From Podarcis filfolensis (Eukaryota), in the NCBI GenBank assembly GCA_964270895.1, contig OZ185437.1: a DNA stretch of 64,000 nucleotides. One strand, written 5' to 3'. Position 1 is the first letter of the stretch; each line of letters begins with the position of its first letter. The translations under genes and the position numbers were made by a program. The notes under the pieces were generated by a model that did not search any database, was not told the origin of the DNA, and saw nothing but the letters and a program-made list of their open reading frames with translations. Of this stretch, positions 45,870 through 59,192 are shown piece by piece.

Positions 45870-48021
45870 ACCCTAACTATAATTCATATGCAGTGCATCC
45901 TTATTATACCAAATACATCAATGCAAACCAGTGTCAACCAATATAACAGGTATGTGCAATGAGCAGGAACCAGAACACCGGATCCTAAAACTCATTTTTT
46001 AGCTGCTGCAGAAAGTAAACATCACTTCTTTGTTTCTGCCAGCTGCATGACAGGCACAAATTCACTAGCAGACATTTCCTCACCTTGTAGTTATATTGCC
46101 AAATATATTGATAGTCATAACAAGGTGGCATAGCTGTAGCTGAAGTTTTGTTGGTTCAGCTTTTTGGGACCTATCTGATTTTGGTCACATGAACACCTTC
46201 CATTTAAAGCACTCATATATTTATTTATGAAGAGCAGCTTACAGTTTACTGTAGTTCTGTGAGACCAGAATCCTTAACAAACTAGTTCCCAGGATTCTTT
46301 GGGGGAAGTCATGACTGTTAAAGTGGTATAAGAATGGTGTGTGTGTGACCTTTGAGTCTGTACCTTTGAAGAGAATTGGTGCCCTGGGCTGGATGCAGTA
46401 TTTGGTGTTCCAATCTCTGAGCACAGAACTTTTTGAGAGGAGAGAAAACACCTGGTCAACTTGTAGATCAGACTTTGATATCTGATGATGCGTTGAAGGA
46501 AAGGGAAATGTTTTTGTCTGTGCATGTGTGGTGTAGCCTTGTCAAATGCCTGTGGTGGACTTGTTTGTATCTCTTAAAACAGGAGAACAAGGTTTAGAGA
46601 TTGCATTAAAAGTAGATGGGCTACGTCATGCCATCTGCATAAAGTAAACAACATATTCTGAATCCCAAGAAGTGATTAACAGCTAAATTTATGAATATAT
46701 TTAAAGTCATCATTTCAACACACTGTTAATATACCATACTTCCATAGCAGTGGCAACGGCAAAGGTCTAGCTATTGAACTGGTTGCTGCCTGTGAGCTAT
46801 TTCTACTATGCAGTACAGATCAGGGAGCAGGACCATCTGTTGACTTCATTTATCCAGGGCATGGACTGCAGTGCCCAAGGGCTCTGAAATGTTATTGATG
46901 CTATTAGCAGTATACGTATACAGCTCTTTGTAGCCATTATGAAGATGTGCTATACAACAGTTATGGGAAACAGTCCTACTGAAATGGCGCACCACCGCAA
47001 TGAGATGATCCCTTTTTGTTTTGCTTTGTTTCTTTCCTTCACATAGCCACTAAAAACTTTTAATGGTTTGTCTGAACTCACTTCCTTCTTGAGATGATAG
47101 TAAAGGCAAAAAACTAATCCAGAACTCTCTGAGCATGATCCAGCAAGGTTAAACACACTTCTAAATTTGTTTATTTGTTTATTACATTTCTATTCCACCT
47201 GCTCCTCCAAGAAGCTCAAGGGGGCACCCATGGTTGCCACCTCCTCATTTAATCCTCACAACAACCCTGTGAGGTAGGCTAGGCTGAGAGCAGGTCAATG
47301 GCCCACAGTCACCCAGTGAGTTTCATGGTGGAGTGAGGACTAGAACTATAGTCTCTTGGAAAGAATTAAACTACGGCATTCTCTTTCTCCAGTGATATGT
47401 TTACTTTTGTCTGGATTGTGTCCTTGATTTGCATCCATTACTTTACTACACATGCCAGTGCCGATGCTTATTCTAAATTCTCTTCCCTTAACTTTGTTGC
47501 ACAATGACATTGTCCTTAGTTTTACTACAAACCATACTATTCCAATTCAGTGCTGAAGAAAAACATGAGCTACAGTCTACAAATAATGGAGCTCTGGTAT
47601 ACAGTGCAATTTTGTCTTATTTAATTTCCGCCTTTGTGTCACACTGCAGGCTGGTTCTGATTCCCCACCTCCGCCCAGCAGGCAAAGAGTGGGTGCTCAG
47701 TTTAGTTGGAATCCATCTGATTATAATGAAAACAGCATTGTCAGACCAATGCAAATAATCTCCTTCAAGAAATGTATCAGATTTAATAGCAGATCTCTGG
47801 AAGAATGTTAAATTATAACTCACCCTTCTTTTTCAAATTGGGTTAGAGAGTTGAAGTGCTGTGCAACCCAGAATTAAGAATCACAGAATTAGGCAGGACT
47901 CCCAGATGACTCAGAGAACTCCTAATTTAGTCTTTCAAATTGAACCACAATCAAGGGCATGAATCAGTAGCTTTTTTAGGCAGCTTTCTGAATCAAGTTT
48001 GCTTACAGGGTGGGTATTCCT

Positions 48022-48362
48022 GTTAAACCACTGAGCCTCTTGGGCTTGCCGATCAGAAGGTTGGTGGTTCGAATCTCCACAATGGGGTGAGCTCCCATTG
48101 TTCTGTCCCAGCTCCTGCCAACCTAACATTTCAAAAGCACACCAGTGTAAGTAGATAAATAGGTACCACTGTGGCAGGAAGGTAAACCGGGTTTCTGTGT
48201 GCTCTGGTTTCCGTCACGGTGTCCCGTTGTGCCAGAAGTAGTTTATTCATGCTGGCCACATGACCTGGAAAGCTGTCTGTGGACAAATGCCAGCTCTCTT
48301 GGCCTGAAGCGAGATGAGCATTGCAACCCCATTAACCGTCCAGGGATCCTTTACCTTTTTTT
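48022..48362 (+). mobile_element. Sauria SINE (same subfamily as 9395), 5' end clipped
   Basis: TAAACCACTGAGCCTCTTGGGCTTGCCGATCAGAAGG...CCTTTACC tail. Confidence 0.92.
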
Positions 48363-50852
48363 TTTTCCTTACCCTTAGTTTCAAGGTTTTTTTACCTTAC
48401 CCTTAGTTTCAAGGTTCAGGACCTTCAGAGTGCTCAAACTGAAAGGTGAGAAGGAAAGAAAGAGTGTACAGTAATATGATATCTTATCTCGTCTATTTGT
48501 GGTTTTCAAGCATCCTACCCACAACATTTCCATGTGGACTTGCTTGCTGAGGAGCCCACACACATCTACCTGGGTATGTCAGAAGCTTCCAGGCTCAATT
48601 AGGCTCCATACTTCATTCATGAACAATGACAGCCAGGCTACTGAAAGCATACTCAGGATATGCCTAATACTTTGCTCATTGCAAGGAGGATTGGCAATAG
48701 TAAGGCAGCTGTCTTCAATAACAACTCATCTGCTGTTACTGATCTTATCTTAAAATGAGAACTTGCTGTAAAAAAAATTGGGGGGAGGGGGGGAGGAGCC
48801 CCTGTTCAGTTTCAGAGGAACCCCAGTATTTCCACACACAAAACTGAGAGCCACTGCTCTGCATCCCTTAGTTATGTCTGTCTATCTCAGGGGTGGAGGA
48901 CATTTTTTGAAATCAACGTCCACATAAAGAGCCAAAACCAAAGGTCCCTGGGGTATCCCTTCTCTCTCAGCCACCTACTTTATTCCAGTTACCACATACT
49001 GTACATACTGTACTTCACTTTCCACCAGATTTTCCCCATTCAGCTTTACTTCTGTGTTGGGTGGAGAAGCAGCTGTTTTCCTGTCTTCCAGACCAGCAAG
49101 TGTGCTAGGGCAGGAGAAAGGCAAAGCAAACATCCGTGGGGAAGGGCATGTGCAGGGCAAAAGAAGCAGGTCAGAGATGCTGGCACATGGTGCTGGCACA
49201 TGGTGAAGCCAACTGGCCACAGGCAGAAGGTCTCCCCTACCTGCTCTAGCTAAAGAGTGAAGAGCTTAACTCTAGCTCAGATGGTCTACCTCCTGGTTCT
49301 TTTGCACAAAGAGCACCCTCTTACTCCAAGAGAAAGGAGAGACTTTTTAGAAGGCCAGGAAGAAGTACCGGTATGTCTTTGGAAAGTACTGGTCTGGCTG
49401 GAGCTGGACAGCCCACTAAAATACTGTAGCTTGTCAGGCCAGACTCAGCCTTTGGGTTCATCACCCCTATGCTAAACCATGGTATAATGCAATGTAAGCC
49501 CCAAGGCTTACATGACACCCCTACCTTCTGCATGGCTAGGAAGAGGAATTCCGAATCTTTCCCACTTGATTTCCATTAACTACAGGGTTGTTGTTTTTTG
49601 TTTTCCAGCTAAGGATCCTGATGTATCCCTAACAATGGTTAGTTGCAAAATAAGCTAACTTCAGACAATGGTTGGTGGGGTGGGGGATGAGAGGCAGCTA
49701 GGCTTGCTTCACGTAGCACCAAGCCATGGTGCCCAAATACAGCCTATGCCAAACATGTCTAGAAGCCAATGGGCACAACCTTACTTTCCCTCTTCTGCAC
49801 ACATTCAGATGCATGTCTGAGTGATCCCGTATTGCTTAGCCTGGTTGGTTTGTTGGTGGGAAGCATGCACATATAGACACCAATCCATCTGGAAGTTATG
49901 CAGGTTTCCTTTCCTGAAAGTGTAATGTAGCTCCATTTACACAGGATTTATTAGAAAAGCCATCCTATACTTTTGCCCTAATTTGGCATTGCTTCATCTG
50001 TTGCTGCCACTATTGAATTTTCCTCCCAATGATCCAACACTGGGGACCACCCTTTAACTCCATATGGGACATGTTTGGCATCTGCAAGAAATCAAATGCC
50101 AAGTGGAATATGTTTTCGGCGGCAGCAGCTGGAACTGAGTCTCTCTACTTGGCTGCTTTCCTGGGTGATCTTGGTTTCTTTTCCTTATTCAACTGCTGGA
50201 TGGGGTGGTGCCTATAGCTCTGCTTAAGGGTTAATCCATGCTGTAACATAACCAAGAAGCTCTGGTCCGCCTGCCTTCATAAAAGCTAACAATGGGTTCT
50301 TTGGGCAGCAGAGACTTTGCTGTCGGGCAAGAGATCAATTGCACTCCTATGTAAAACAATGGGCATTTTAACATCATGACTTCCAGTGGCATCAGGCCAA
50401 GGTCTGCATTGTTCAAGTTATTGCTATAGTGTATCTAAATGTTTTGTCTTTAATTCAGCTGAATTTGGCTTCAATTAGCAAATGTGGTTCTTATATTTAT
50501 GAGCATAGCTCAAGAGCATTCAAGGCAGCCGGCAAGGAACGCACAGCCCTGTCCTGCTCTCTTTCTAAGTTCTTGCAAACATTGAACTTGATATATTTGC
50601 TACAGCAGTTTAGAATAGACCAGACTAAAGCATGGATGGGGAACCTTTGGCCATATTGTTGAATTCCAGCTCCCATCAGCCCCTGCCAGCTTGACCAATG
50701 ATAAAATGTCATGTGAGTTTTGAGCCCAACAACAATTGAAGGGTCACAGGCTGTACATTCCTGTCCTAAAGTATCTTCAACCTTAGGGAAATCTATTGGA
50801 AAGTCTGCCAATCATCTAAGAATCATTTTAGAATGATTCTAGACACGAATGG

Positions 50853-51600
50853 TGTTAGCAACTGCATACGTCTGGTCAATGGGTGATCAAGCCACTAGCC
50901 AGGGAGCAGGAATCGTGTAGAGAAGGGAGCTGAAGACAATAACCAGGTCACCTTTTATTTAAATAATTAACAACAGGCTGGCTACTTTACAGTGCTAATT
51001 TTGTTCACAGTGCTAACTGCAGTACATTAATGCTTACACACAGTGTTTTTTCCCCCTAGAAAAATAGGTGCCAGTACTCACTGTGAAGCTGTTACAGTAA
51101 GTGCCACACTTTTTACCCTTGTGTACCCCCTGAAAAAAGCACTGCTTACACAAGCACTCAACTGGGGGAGAGGGCAGCTTCAGTGTTGGTGATTTGGGCT
51201 AAAGGAGAGTCATGGACAATGCATCGCATAGCTTTAACCAGAATCTTGTTGCTGTGTTGGCCACCAAACCCAAAGTTCTTGACAATCTTTATACTGGGAG
51301 TTTATGTGACTCAGTTATCTGGGCTAGGAAACAACTCTCTGGTTGGTTGACACCAATGGCCTGTTCTACATTCCATTAGCTGTTTCTCTATGGCTGAACT
51401 GTCCAGTATCTCCCTTTGGGCCTCTGCTTCTGGTTGGTGTTATGACATCCTGTTGGTTTCTTCAGCTTTTCTAACTTTACTAGTAGCTCAGAGACTCTTA
51501 GCCCCTTAACCCTTTCTCTTCAGCCTTATTAGTGGGGGTGGGGATAAACTCTTCTCCATTTGCACTCTCACTCAATTATTTCTATGCTTATAATCATTTT
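50853..51600 (-). mobile_element. Probable ERV-like solo LTR, 5' boundary uncertain
   Basis: Minus strand: CAGTATAAAG TATA near 51290, AATAAA near 50955, end in ...GCTAACA at 50853; no TSD confirmed; interrupted by a MITE. Confidence 0.45.
51041..51144. mobile_element. hAT MITE
   Basis: TIRs CAGTGTTTTTT / AAAAAAGCACTG; perfect 8-bp TSD CTTACACA (51033-51040, 51145-51152). Confidence 0.9.
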
Positions 51601-52615
51601 TCATGGGTGAGTGTAAAACCATGGTTTGTGTTGACCATAGTTAAGGACCCACACCATAATTTTTTAAGAGTTTTATACACACGCACACTGAGCTTTATCA
51701 AAATGGATTCTCATGTAGTTTATAATGATAATATATGGCATTATCCAAGTAAAAATATTGCACACAAAGTATCATGGACAAATATCAATACAATATTTGA
51801 AATAGCTAGCAAAAAAAAAAATATTTTCAGCTTGGCACCTAAAAGATGAGCTGAGCCTCCTTAGGAAAGGCATTTCACACCTGGGGTGTCACAGGCAAAA
51901 AGGTCCTGGAGACTGAGCTTCTAGATGGACAAACTATGCTTTTGAGTTCCTTGTTTCCCATCTGTTCAGGACACAGGTTTCAAAAATCCACTCCCATCTC
52001 CATGACTCAGCAGCTTCCTGAGCAGAATAACAGCCCTAACTAACTGTGGTTTGTCAATGGTCTGTGAATATAGATTTATTATTTTTTTAAAAACTTATAG
52101 TTAGCACAAACTTCTGGTTTGCAAACTGCTTGAAATTGTGATTTCAGGCCTAGTTTGCAGTCCCAAACACACCACAACTTGTGAACAGGGTCAGATTCAG
52201 ATACTGAAATGAAACATGGCTTAGCGAAGCAAACCATGGTTTTGTGTTAAATCTAAATACAGCCATAGTGATCTAACCACTATTTCTAGTGTCCTAAAGC
52301 AAAAGATAGGGACCATGGACTGTAGCATGCATACCACAAACTTCTCATATTGGGAAAATATCTGATGTGTACTGTATTTCATTATGTTATGCATTGGAAA
52401 TAATATTACATAGATATATTTCAAATCTGCAAATCTGCAACGAATTAAATAAGTATTGCAGAAATCTCCTCATAACCAGAGACTTCACAATGCAACATAA
52501 TAACTGGAAACATATGGCAATAAATTCTCTTGGTGAGGCAACAAGAACTCTATGCTTCCATGATTTGCCATACGCACACATCTGAGCTATGACTGAAGAC
52601 AGTTTGGGGGGGGGG

Positions 52616-53400
52616 TGACAGCAAAAAGACTGCTAAATCAGGTCCTCCTTACAGAGGGCATGTGTTGCGGTGAGTTCATCAGGACTGAACTCATTGTTGT
52701 GTGGGTGGGAGCGATTGGATAGCCACAACAACCCAATTGGTGGTCCCTCGGTTGCTGGGCAGATGTGGCCAACAGGATTTTTTGTGTATTAGCTGAGGGA
52801 CCTTTATATATACCGCTGCACGTTGCGTTGAACTTCTGTTTTTCACTTCGTGCACCGGATCACCCGCCCACCCTCCCTATATTTAGGGTCTTGCTATGAC
52901 CTTGTTATGCTGTCATGGGTCATCTGTTCTTGGGACAGGGGCCCAGTAGGAATTTTCCCATTTGGTTGATGGGCTGGTGCCACTTGGGTTTCACCTGCCG
53001 CGTAGCAAATCATCACAACTTTGTAAGGTTAGGCATTGGTTCAAGGTGGCCTGGAGGGGAAGTCGGAGAACCTGGCCCCTCCAATGCGCAACAGGTATTC
53101 CGTTAAAGGAATCCAGGGACTTGGCATGCTTTTGTCGACCCCTTTCTAGGGGTAGGGCCATGCAAGAGTCCCTGGGAGCATTTTGGGGTGAGCTTGAGTC
53201 ACGTGACCGAACCAATGCTCCCCCACGGTGTACTGACGATATGGTGGGGCCCAGTCGTCAGTGCTGTCCTGCTGAGGTCAGGCACAACTAGTCGGGAAAA
53301 AATGCCAAAACAAACCACTCACTATCTGTAATCAATAAAGTTGTGGCCAAAATTATGCCAATAACCTAAAACTAAATTCCGTGTCAATTGTGTCTTTATT
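52616..53400 (+). mobile_element. LTR-like terminal unit without TG..CA ends or TSD, possibly Ngaro/DIRS-type
   Basis: ATTGG boxes, TTTATATATA at 52803, CACCCGCCCACCCTCCCT at 52861, AATAAA at 53334; CpG-rich relative to flanks. Superfamily is an inference. Confidence 0.5.
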
Positions 53401-54872
53401 ATTGGGAAGCTCCTGGGGATCTTAATACGCAAATAGATAAAGCCATAGGAATACTTGGATGGACATTGGCATGGAATGGCCAACTATTGTCAGGACTATA
53501 ATTTAACGATGCACCTTTGAAGGCTGCTTCAGAGACCAATGCCCCAATCTTGGGAATGAAGAGTTGTAAACTAAAATTGCGCCACACACTTCTTTTGTGT
53601 ACCATAGCACCTTGCCCTCAACTCTTGATGTGTTAAGGTCACACCATGTTTATAATTTTTTACTGTACTGTTCTGGATGGGTTTACACTTCCTCTGAAAG
53701 AACATGTACACAGCTTGGGAGTACTCCTTAGTCCACAGGCTCAGATCTCAAGGATTCGATGCAGCACTAGATTTGAGATGACTAACAACTAAATCTCCAA
53801 GCCGCTGTGGGATCTATAATAATAGAAACTATGTGTTGTAATTTGCACTAGGCATTCTACAAGAAGACGAGCTTTTTCAAATGTTGCAGCTGAAGCCTCA
53901 TAAAAGCTCAAGGACTTTGAGAGAGTTTAGTTTGATTGATCACAAAGGCTTGAAAGTGCTTGCTTCTCTCTTCCCCTTCCCCCCAAACCTAGAAGGCTTT
54001 TGAATGGGCCAAGACAGCAGCAGGTGCTCCCAAAACCCAGGTAGAGCATCTTTTTCCACCAGGAACTGATACTGGTCCCAGAGAAAAGGACCAACACGGC
54101 TTGATTGGAAAACCTGCCACATATTTTTGTTTCATTTGTTTGGGTGGTATATTTATTGCCTTGCATTTTCAGATAAGAGCTCATGTCCTTACTGGAATGT
54201 GCATTTAATGCTTCATTCACATTTAAATAACTGTAGAGGGAAAGCTTTTAAGAGCATTACTTAGCTCACACTATAAATAGAGTCTTATATAAAAGAGGAA
54301 GTTTCCTAATTTAATGAGTTCCAATCAATATTATCAACTTGACTCTGACTGGATTCATTATGCCTGGCACAGAAGGACTATATTTACCTTTCGAACCAGC
54401 TATCATCCTACTGGTGTCAGTTAAAACTCCACTGAAATCCCTGGCACTACTTCCCAGTAAATAATATGGCTTGGGGTTGCTAATCTCACTTGGTTTGGTA
54501 TATCAGATGCTGCCACTGTTTGTATTTTCCAGAAGTAATGCTTTGTTCCAGAACACTTTAGATAAGTTCATGCAGTTCTACTATACTTTTGCTCAACTGC
54601 TTTCAGGCATGAGTTATATGATGTGCCATCATCTCATGGATATAGGTGCTTTAGCTAGGCCCCAAAGGCAAGTTTAGATAGCAGGCTAGTCTGGGAAGGG
54701 ATGGGGAACCTGTGGCCCTCCAAATGTTGTTGGACGACAACTCTCATCATCTCTGGCCACTGGCAGTGCTAGCTGGGGCTGACGAGAGGTTGTTTTATTC
54801 ATATATTCCCAAAAATGTATTCAACTGAACTGCCAGATGTCCTCTAACCTTCCATCTTGTTTACAAAGAAGT

Positions 54873-55155
54873 TGTAACTGTTGGCTTTGCAGGGAGAGAT
54901 AAGGCAAAAAGAGGAAGCAGTAGGTTGTGACAGGGATTGCTTATGCTAAATGCCGATAGCCAATAGAATCATTGTAAGTATTAACGAATGTAATTTAACT
55001 GTATAAATTGCATGAGCATGCCATGAAAAGATGTGAAGGATTTGGAACTTGATTCCCCTGTCCCTTCTTACCTCAGTCTGAATAAGCCCTTTCTTTTTCT
55101 ATCCCCGGTGTGATTATTGACTTGTCACCCCAGCATTGGACTTTTGTCCGTAACA
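54873..55155 (+). mobile_element. Probable short solo LTR (283 bp)
   Basis: TGTAA...TAACA termini; 4-bp flanks AAGT vs ACGT (one mismatch); CCAAT and TATAAAT present. Confidence 0.55.
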
Positions 55156-58123
55156 ACGTGGTGGTGTAACAGCAATATATACAATAAAATATAAAACACA
55201 GTTATAAGAGTACAAAATCATTAATTGACTGAGTCCAACAATATATGGAAGGCCACAACTTCCCCATCTCTGGCCTAGCATAAGGTGTGCACTGATTGCA
55301 CATGTGTAAGTTTTTGCCCTGGGCCCTTCCAGAGAATTTTGTGTCTAAGTGAATTGCTGTGAGGGCAATCAAACACTGCAGCTCTGTTCTAGGCATACAC
55401 AACGAGCTGATGCATGCATGTTTCTCCCAACAGAAACCTTCATTGCACAGTCTCAATCAGATTTTAATACCACCACAGGCTTGGGGGGTCCACTGAGCCC
55501 TCAATAAGTGATCAGTATTGTAAGCTACAAACTTACTGGGGTTGCTCACAGGCAAGTGTGGATCCAATAGATTTTTATCCTGGAGAAATGCACATACAAT
55601 ACCTTTCTTGTGCAAGTGCCCTTGGGGGACTGGCATGACAGTAGATACGCATGGGGAAAGTGCATATGGCCTAGCCAGACCACAGTTACACGAATGCCAA
55701 ACAAGGACAGATCCCACTGTGGAACTTGCCTCCCAGTAGTGGTGTCACTGCTGTATACCAGGATCGGGTGGGGCAGGGCCATGGTGAGGTCAGGGTGATT
55801 TAGCGATTCTTGTGCTCCTACTGGTGTGCCCAAACCATCTCTAGCTTGCCACCATGCACTGTCCAAACACTGTCCCAGTGTGCACCAGTGACAGCACTGC
55901 CAGGAGGCCAGGTCCTCAGTGGGGTCCCTACCTGCCAGCCACTCCTGACAGTTACTATGGCAAGGTGTGAGAAAGTGAAAGTATGGAGAACAAGAGTAGA
56001 TTTAGTTGAACGTTCAGTTGTAGCCACTGGTCTTCTGTCTTTTTCCCAACAATGGAGGGAGGTTACATTTGGCTGGGCATAGATTTACTCCTAGGGTATA
56101 TGATGACAGCCTCAATTAGCCATAGAGCAGAAGCTAAAAGATGACTATAAAATGTGTTGGCCACAATAATTCTTTAGTTATCTGAAGTTAAGGTGTTCAC
56201 AGTCCAGTTGTGTGAATGGGAGACTTCAGAAGCTGCTCTGAGATTCCTAAAGGAAGAATGGCCCAGGAGTATAGTAAATAAATGCATAATATGGAAAAAA
56301 TGTTGCACAAGAGAGAATGCTATGTTAACTTAGCCATATGTAAAGTTTACAATGCATGTTCTAAAACTTAAGTAAAAGTGTGATAGGTCCCATTCTGGTT
56401 CTTCCTTTCATTCTGGGTTCACCTCCAGACTGTCAGCATTTTGTGGGAAGGATTCTAGTGCATACTGAAAACACAGGGATATGCAATTAAAGTGCTCTGC
56501 TGCTCTAGCACAGGAAATCCACTTAAAAAACAACAACAGACTTTTTATGGTTAGGAAAATGACTGGGAAATGCATTGAAAAGTGTGGGTTGAACGAATAA
56601 TGAAGGGAAGATGTATAAACACAGCACAAGCAAATTAGGAGGAATGTTCAATCAAGACTAGGCGTGGTCCAACCCCTCTGTAAGCCTTGCACAAGCAAAT
56701 CTAGGTGAATGCTTAATTAACAGAAGACTTCCCTCATCGAAGCCTTTCCCCAGTTTGTGAGGCAATCTCATTTGGGCAGCCTGCTATGAGCTCTTCTTGT
56801 GTGCTTCATCTGAGATAATCCTTTACTCTGGCATGATCCACACCTTCAAGACATGCCATGGTTCATGAGTTGTTGTTACTGCTTTTCTCTTGTTTATATG
56901 CATGAGCATGGGCACAATCCTTTCCCAATCACAGATCACGTGTATTTTAAAAGGAAATCAGAATAAACGTCACCTCTGATGATTTACTCATATTCTGTAA
57001 TCCTCCTGCTTCAAAATTCCAATATGGCTCAGATGAAATGGTCCTTGTGAAAGGGACCTAGCCCAGGGACAGAGCACAGGCTTTGCAAGCAATCATTCCA
57101 GGCATCATCTCTCTCTTGTCCTGGAGAACTGTAGCAGGCAGTGTAAACAATATTGAATTGGATGTGCAAATGGTGTGACTTGGCCTTACATGGCAGCTTA
57201 GTGAGTTCCTATAGCCTCTGAGCAGCAAAGATGCATTACACTCTTATTGTTATTTTTACATGTTTTGCAAATCCAGTGAGATACAACATGGTAAGCTTAC
57301 ACTGCTGTCCTCTAGATTGCTCTCTCAGGCTTTCCATTGCCACATACTAGCATACTGTGCCTCCTCAGATTCTCCTCTCCTTGGGCTTCAGCAGGAGAGC
57401 ATCCTCCCACTCCTCTGGCCAATCAGGCCTTGCTGGCTTGTCCCCCTCCCTCCCTTCTCAATCACGCAGAGAAGGAAGAGGATTAACAGTTGGTTCCTTG
57501 TGTGCGATCAAGTTGCAGCCTGCTTGGATTCTAAAGAAAATGAAGAACTGATGTAGCCTGCTTGTTGGATGAACGTGGCGCAGTGCAAAATATAAAAGCT
57601 AAATGGCTTGGAATGAGAATCAAGAGTGAGCATCCTTCAGTGCTGACAAGCTTTGTTCTGCAAGACCTGTAGGGCAGGTTAACAAGGCCTCCAGGAGCTG
57701 ATACAACACAGTTAAATGGAGCTGAAGTAAGTCAGAGAGCAGGAAGACTGCAGTGAGCTGCTTAGCATCTGCCACAGTCAAATTCAATATAGTTATCAGT
57801 TCTTTGGACTGCCTTGTAATGACTGGGTCTGAGGACAAACGTCAGCCCTCAAGCACAATAGCACCATTTTATTATGACTTGCAGGGAGAAACCTCTCTTC
57901 TTGATCCTTAACCCATCATTACACATGTGAGATTTTCCAGTCTCAATCATAATGCAGCGTCCTTGTTATCTCAAGTAGGCACGATGGTGGCAGGACCCAA
58001 GTCAGTGGTGCTTTTTCACCTGTAACAACTTCTAAAGCTTTCTCTCTTCCTAGCAGGGTTTACAATCAGCAGGGAAATAAAGAAACCAAGAATTTTCTAC
58101 AACTGATAGGTGATGGGTTAAGC

Positions 58124-58385
58124 CATGGGTAGGTAAACTAAGGCCTGGGGGCCACATCTGGCCCAATCGCCTTCTAAATCTGGCCTGTGGATGGTCTGGG
58201 AATCAGTGTGTTTTTACATGAGTAGAATGTGTGATTTTATTTAAAATGCATCTCTGGGTTATTTGTGGGGCATAGGAATTCATTCATTCCCTCCCGCCCC
58301 CCCCCCAAAAAAAATATAGTCCGGCCCTCCACAAGGTCTGAGGGACAGTGGACCAGCCCCCTGCTGCAAAAGTTCACTGACCCTA
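58124..58385. mobile_element. hAT non-autonomous element
   Basis: Perfect 8-bp TSD GGTTAAGC (58116-58123, 58386-58393); GGCCC subterminal repeats; decayed CAGGG / CCCTG-type termini. Confidence 0.85.
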
Positions 58386-58624
58386 GGTTAAGCTGTCTCC
58401 TCTCACCTGCCCACCTTTAAAGGTTCTACCTTGTTTTATAGGGATCCAGCAGCAGACCAGTTCTTCATGCACATGTGCTGCTATCATGGCTAGATCGACT
58501 CACATTCAAACTATTCTCCTGACCTACAAGTAAGCTTGCATTGCTAATTCCCGGTTGGCAACAGGCTGCTGTTCCTTTAGCACAGTCATTTCCAAACTAT
58601 GCACTGTGAAAGAACAGCTCGTGT

Positions 58625-59192
58625 TGTGCTGGTCCAGGGGGGAGGTTACCGTGGGGCGAGGTCCAGGACCTGAGTTGAGGGTCAGCAGACAGTCCTCCAC
58701 GGGTGAAGCGGGGTCCACAGCGAGAAGCCGGGCAAGGACAGGAACTCTGGGGGAATAGGACTGGATGCTGGCCAAAACAGCTCTTCGACGACGTTGCTCC
58801 CGCAACCTGGGACCGGGCTGGCTGGCCTTTATCTTCTCTGAGGCCAGGGGCGGCCCTGGCCCCCAGGAGACCCGCCTCTCCTGGCCTTAAGGTGAGCACT
58901 CCTCCTGGGAGAAACCAGTTCCCTTCGCCTCTCTGCCCTGAGCCTCTGCAGTTCAGGAGAGGCTGAAGGGTTACTGGACCCAGGGGGAGACTCACCTGTA
59001 GGCACTGAGTCCTCAACCACCTCCGGAGCCAGAGTGGATTCACCTGGTGCCTGCTCCTGAGGATCCGGCACAGGTGTAGGCGCTTCAGAATCAAGGCCCT
59101 GCCCCAGCTCAGCCGGCCCTGGAGGCGGGGACTCCTGTGCAGGCTGGGATTCCTCCGTTTCAGCCTCTGAATCGGATTCCCAGGCCGTCACA
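58625..59192 (-). mobile_element. Solo LTR (568 bp) with an open frame through U3
   Basis: TGTG...CACA termini; perfect TSD CGTGT (58620-58624, 59193-59197); CpG-rich. Confidence 0.88.

Noticed and set aside
52660-52700. CTGATGA on the minus strand of the structured element as a hammerhead (retrozyme)
   Set aside because: No helix II followed by GAAA; the heptamer sits in an unrelated hairpin.
57620-57838. 72-aa Leu-rich, helical-looking minus-strand ORF
   Set aside because: TTG start, no convincing splice sites, no family recognised; a TBLASTX conservation test would be needed to revive it.
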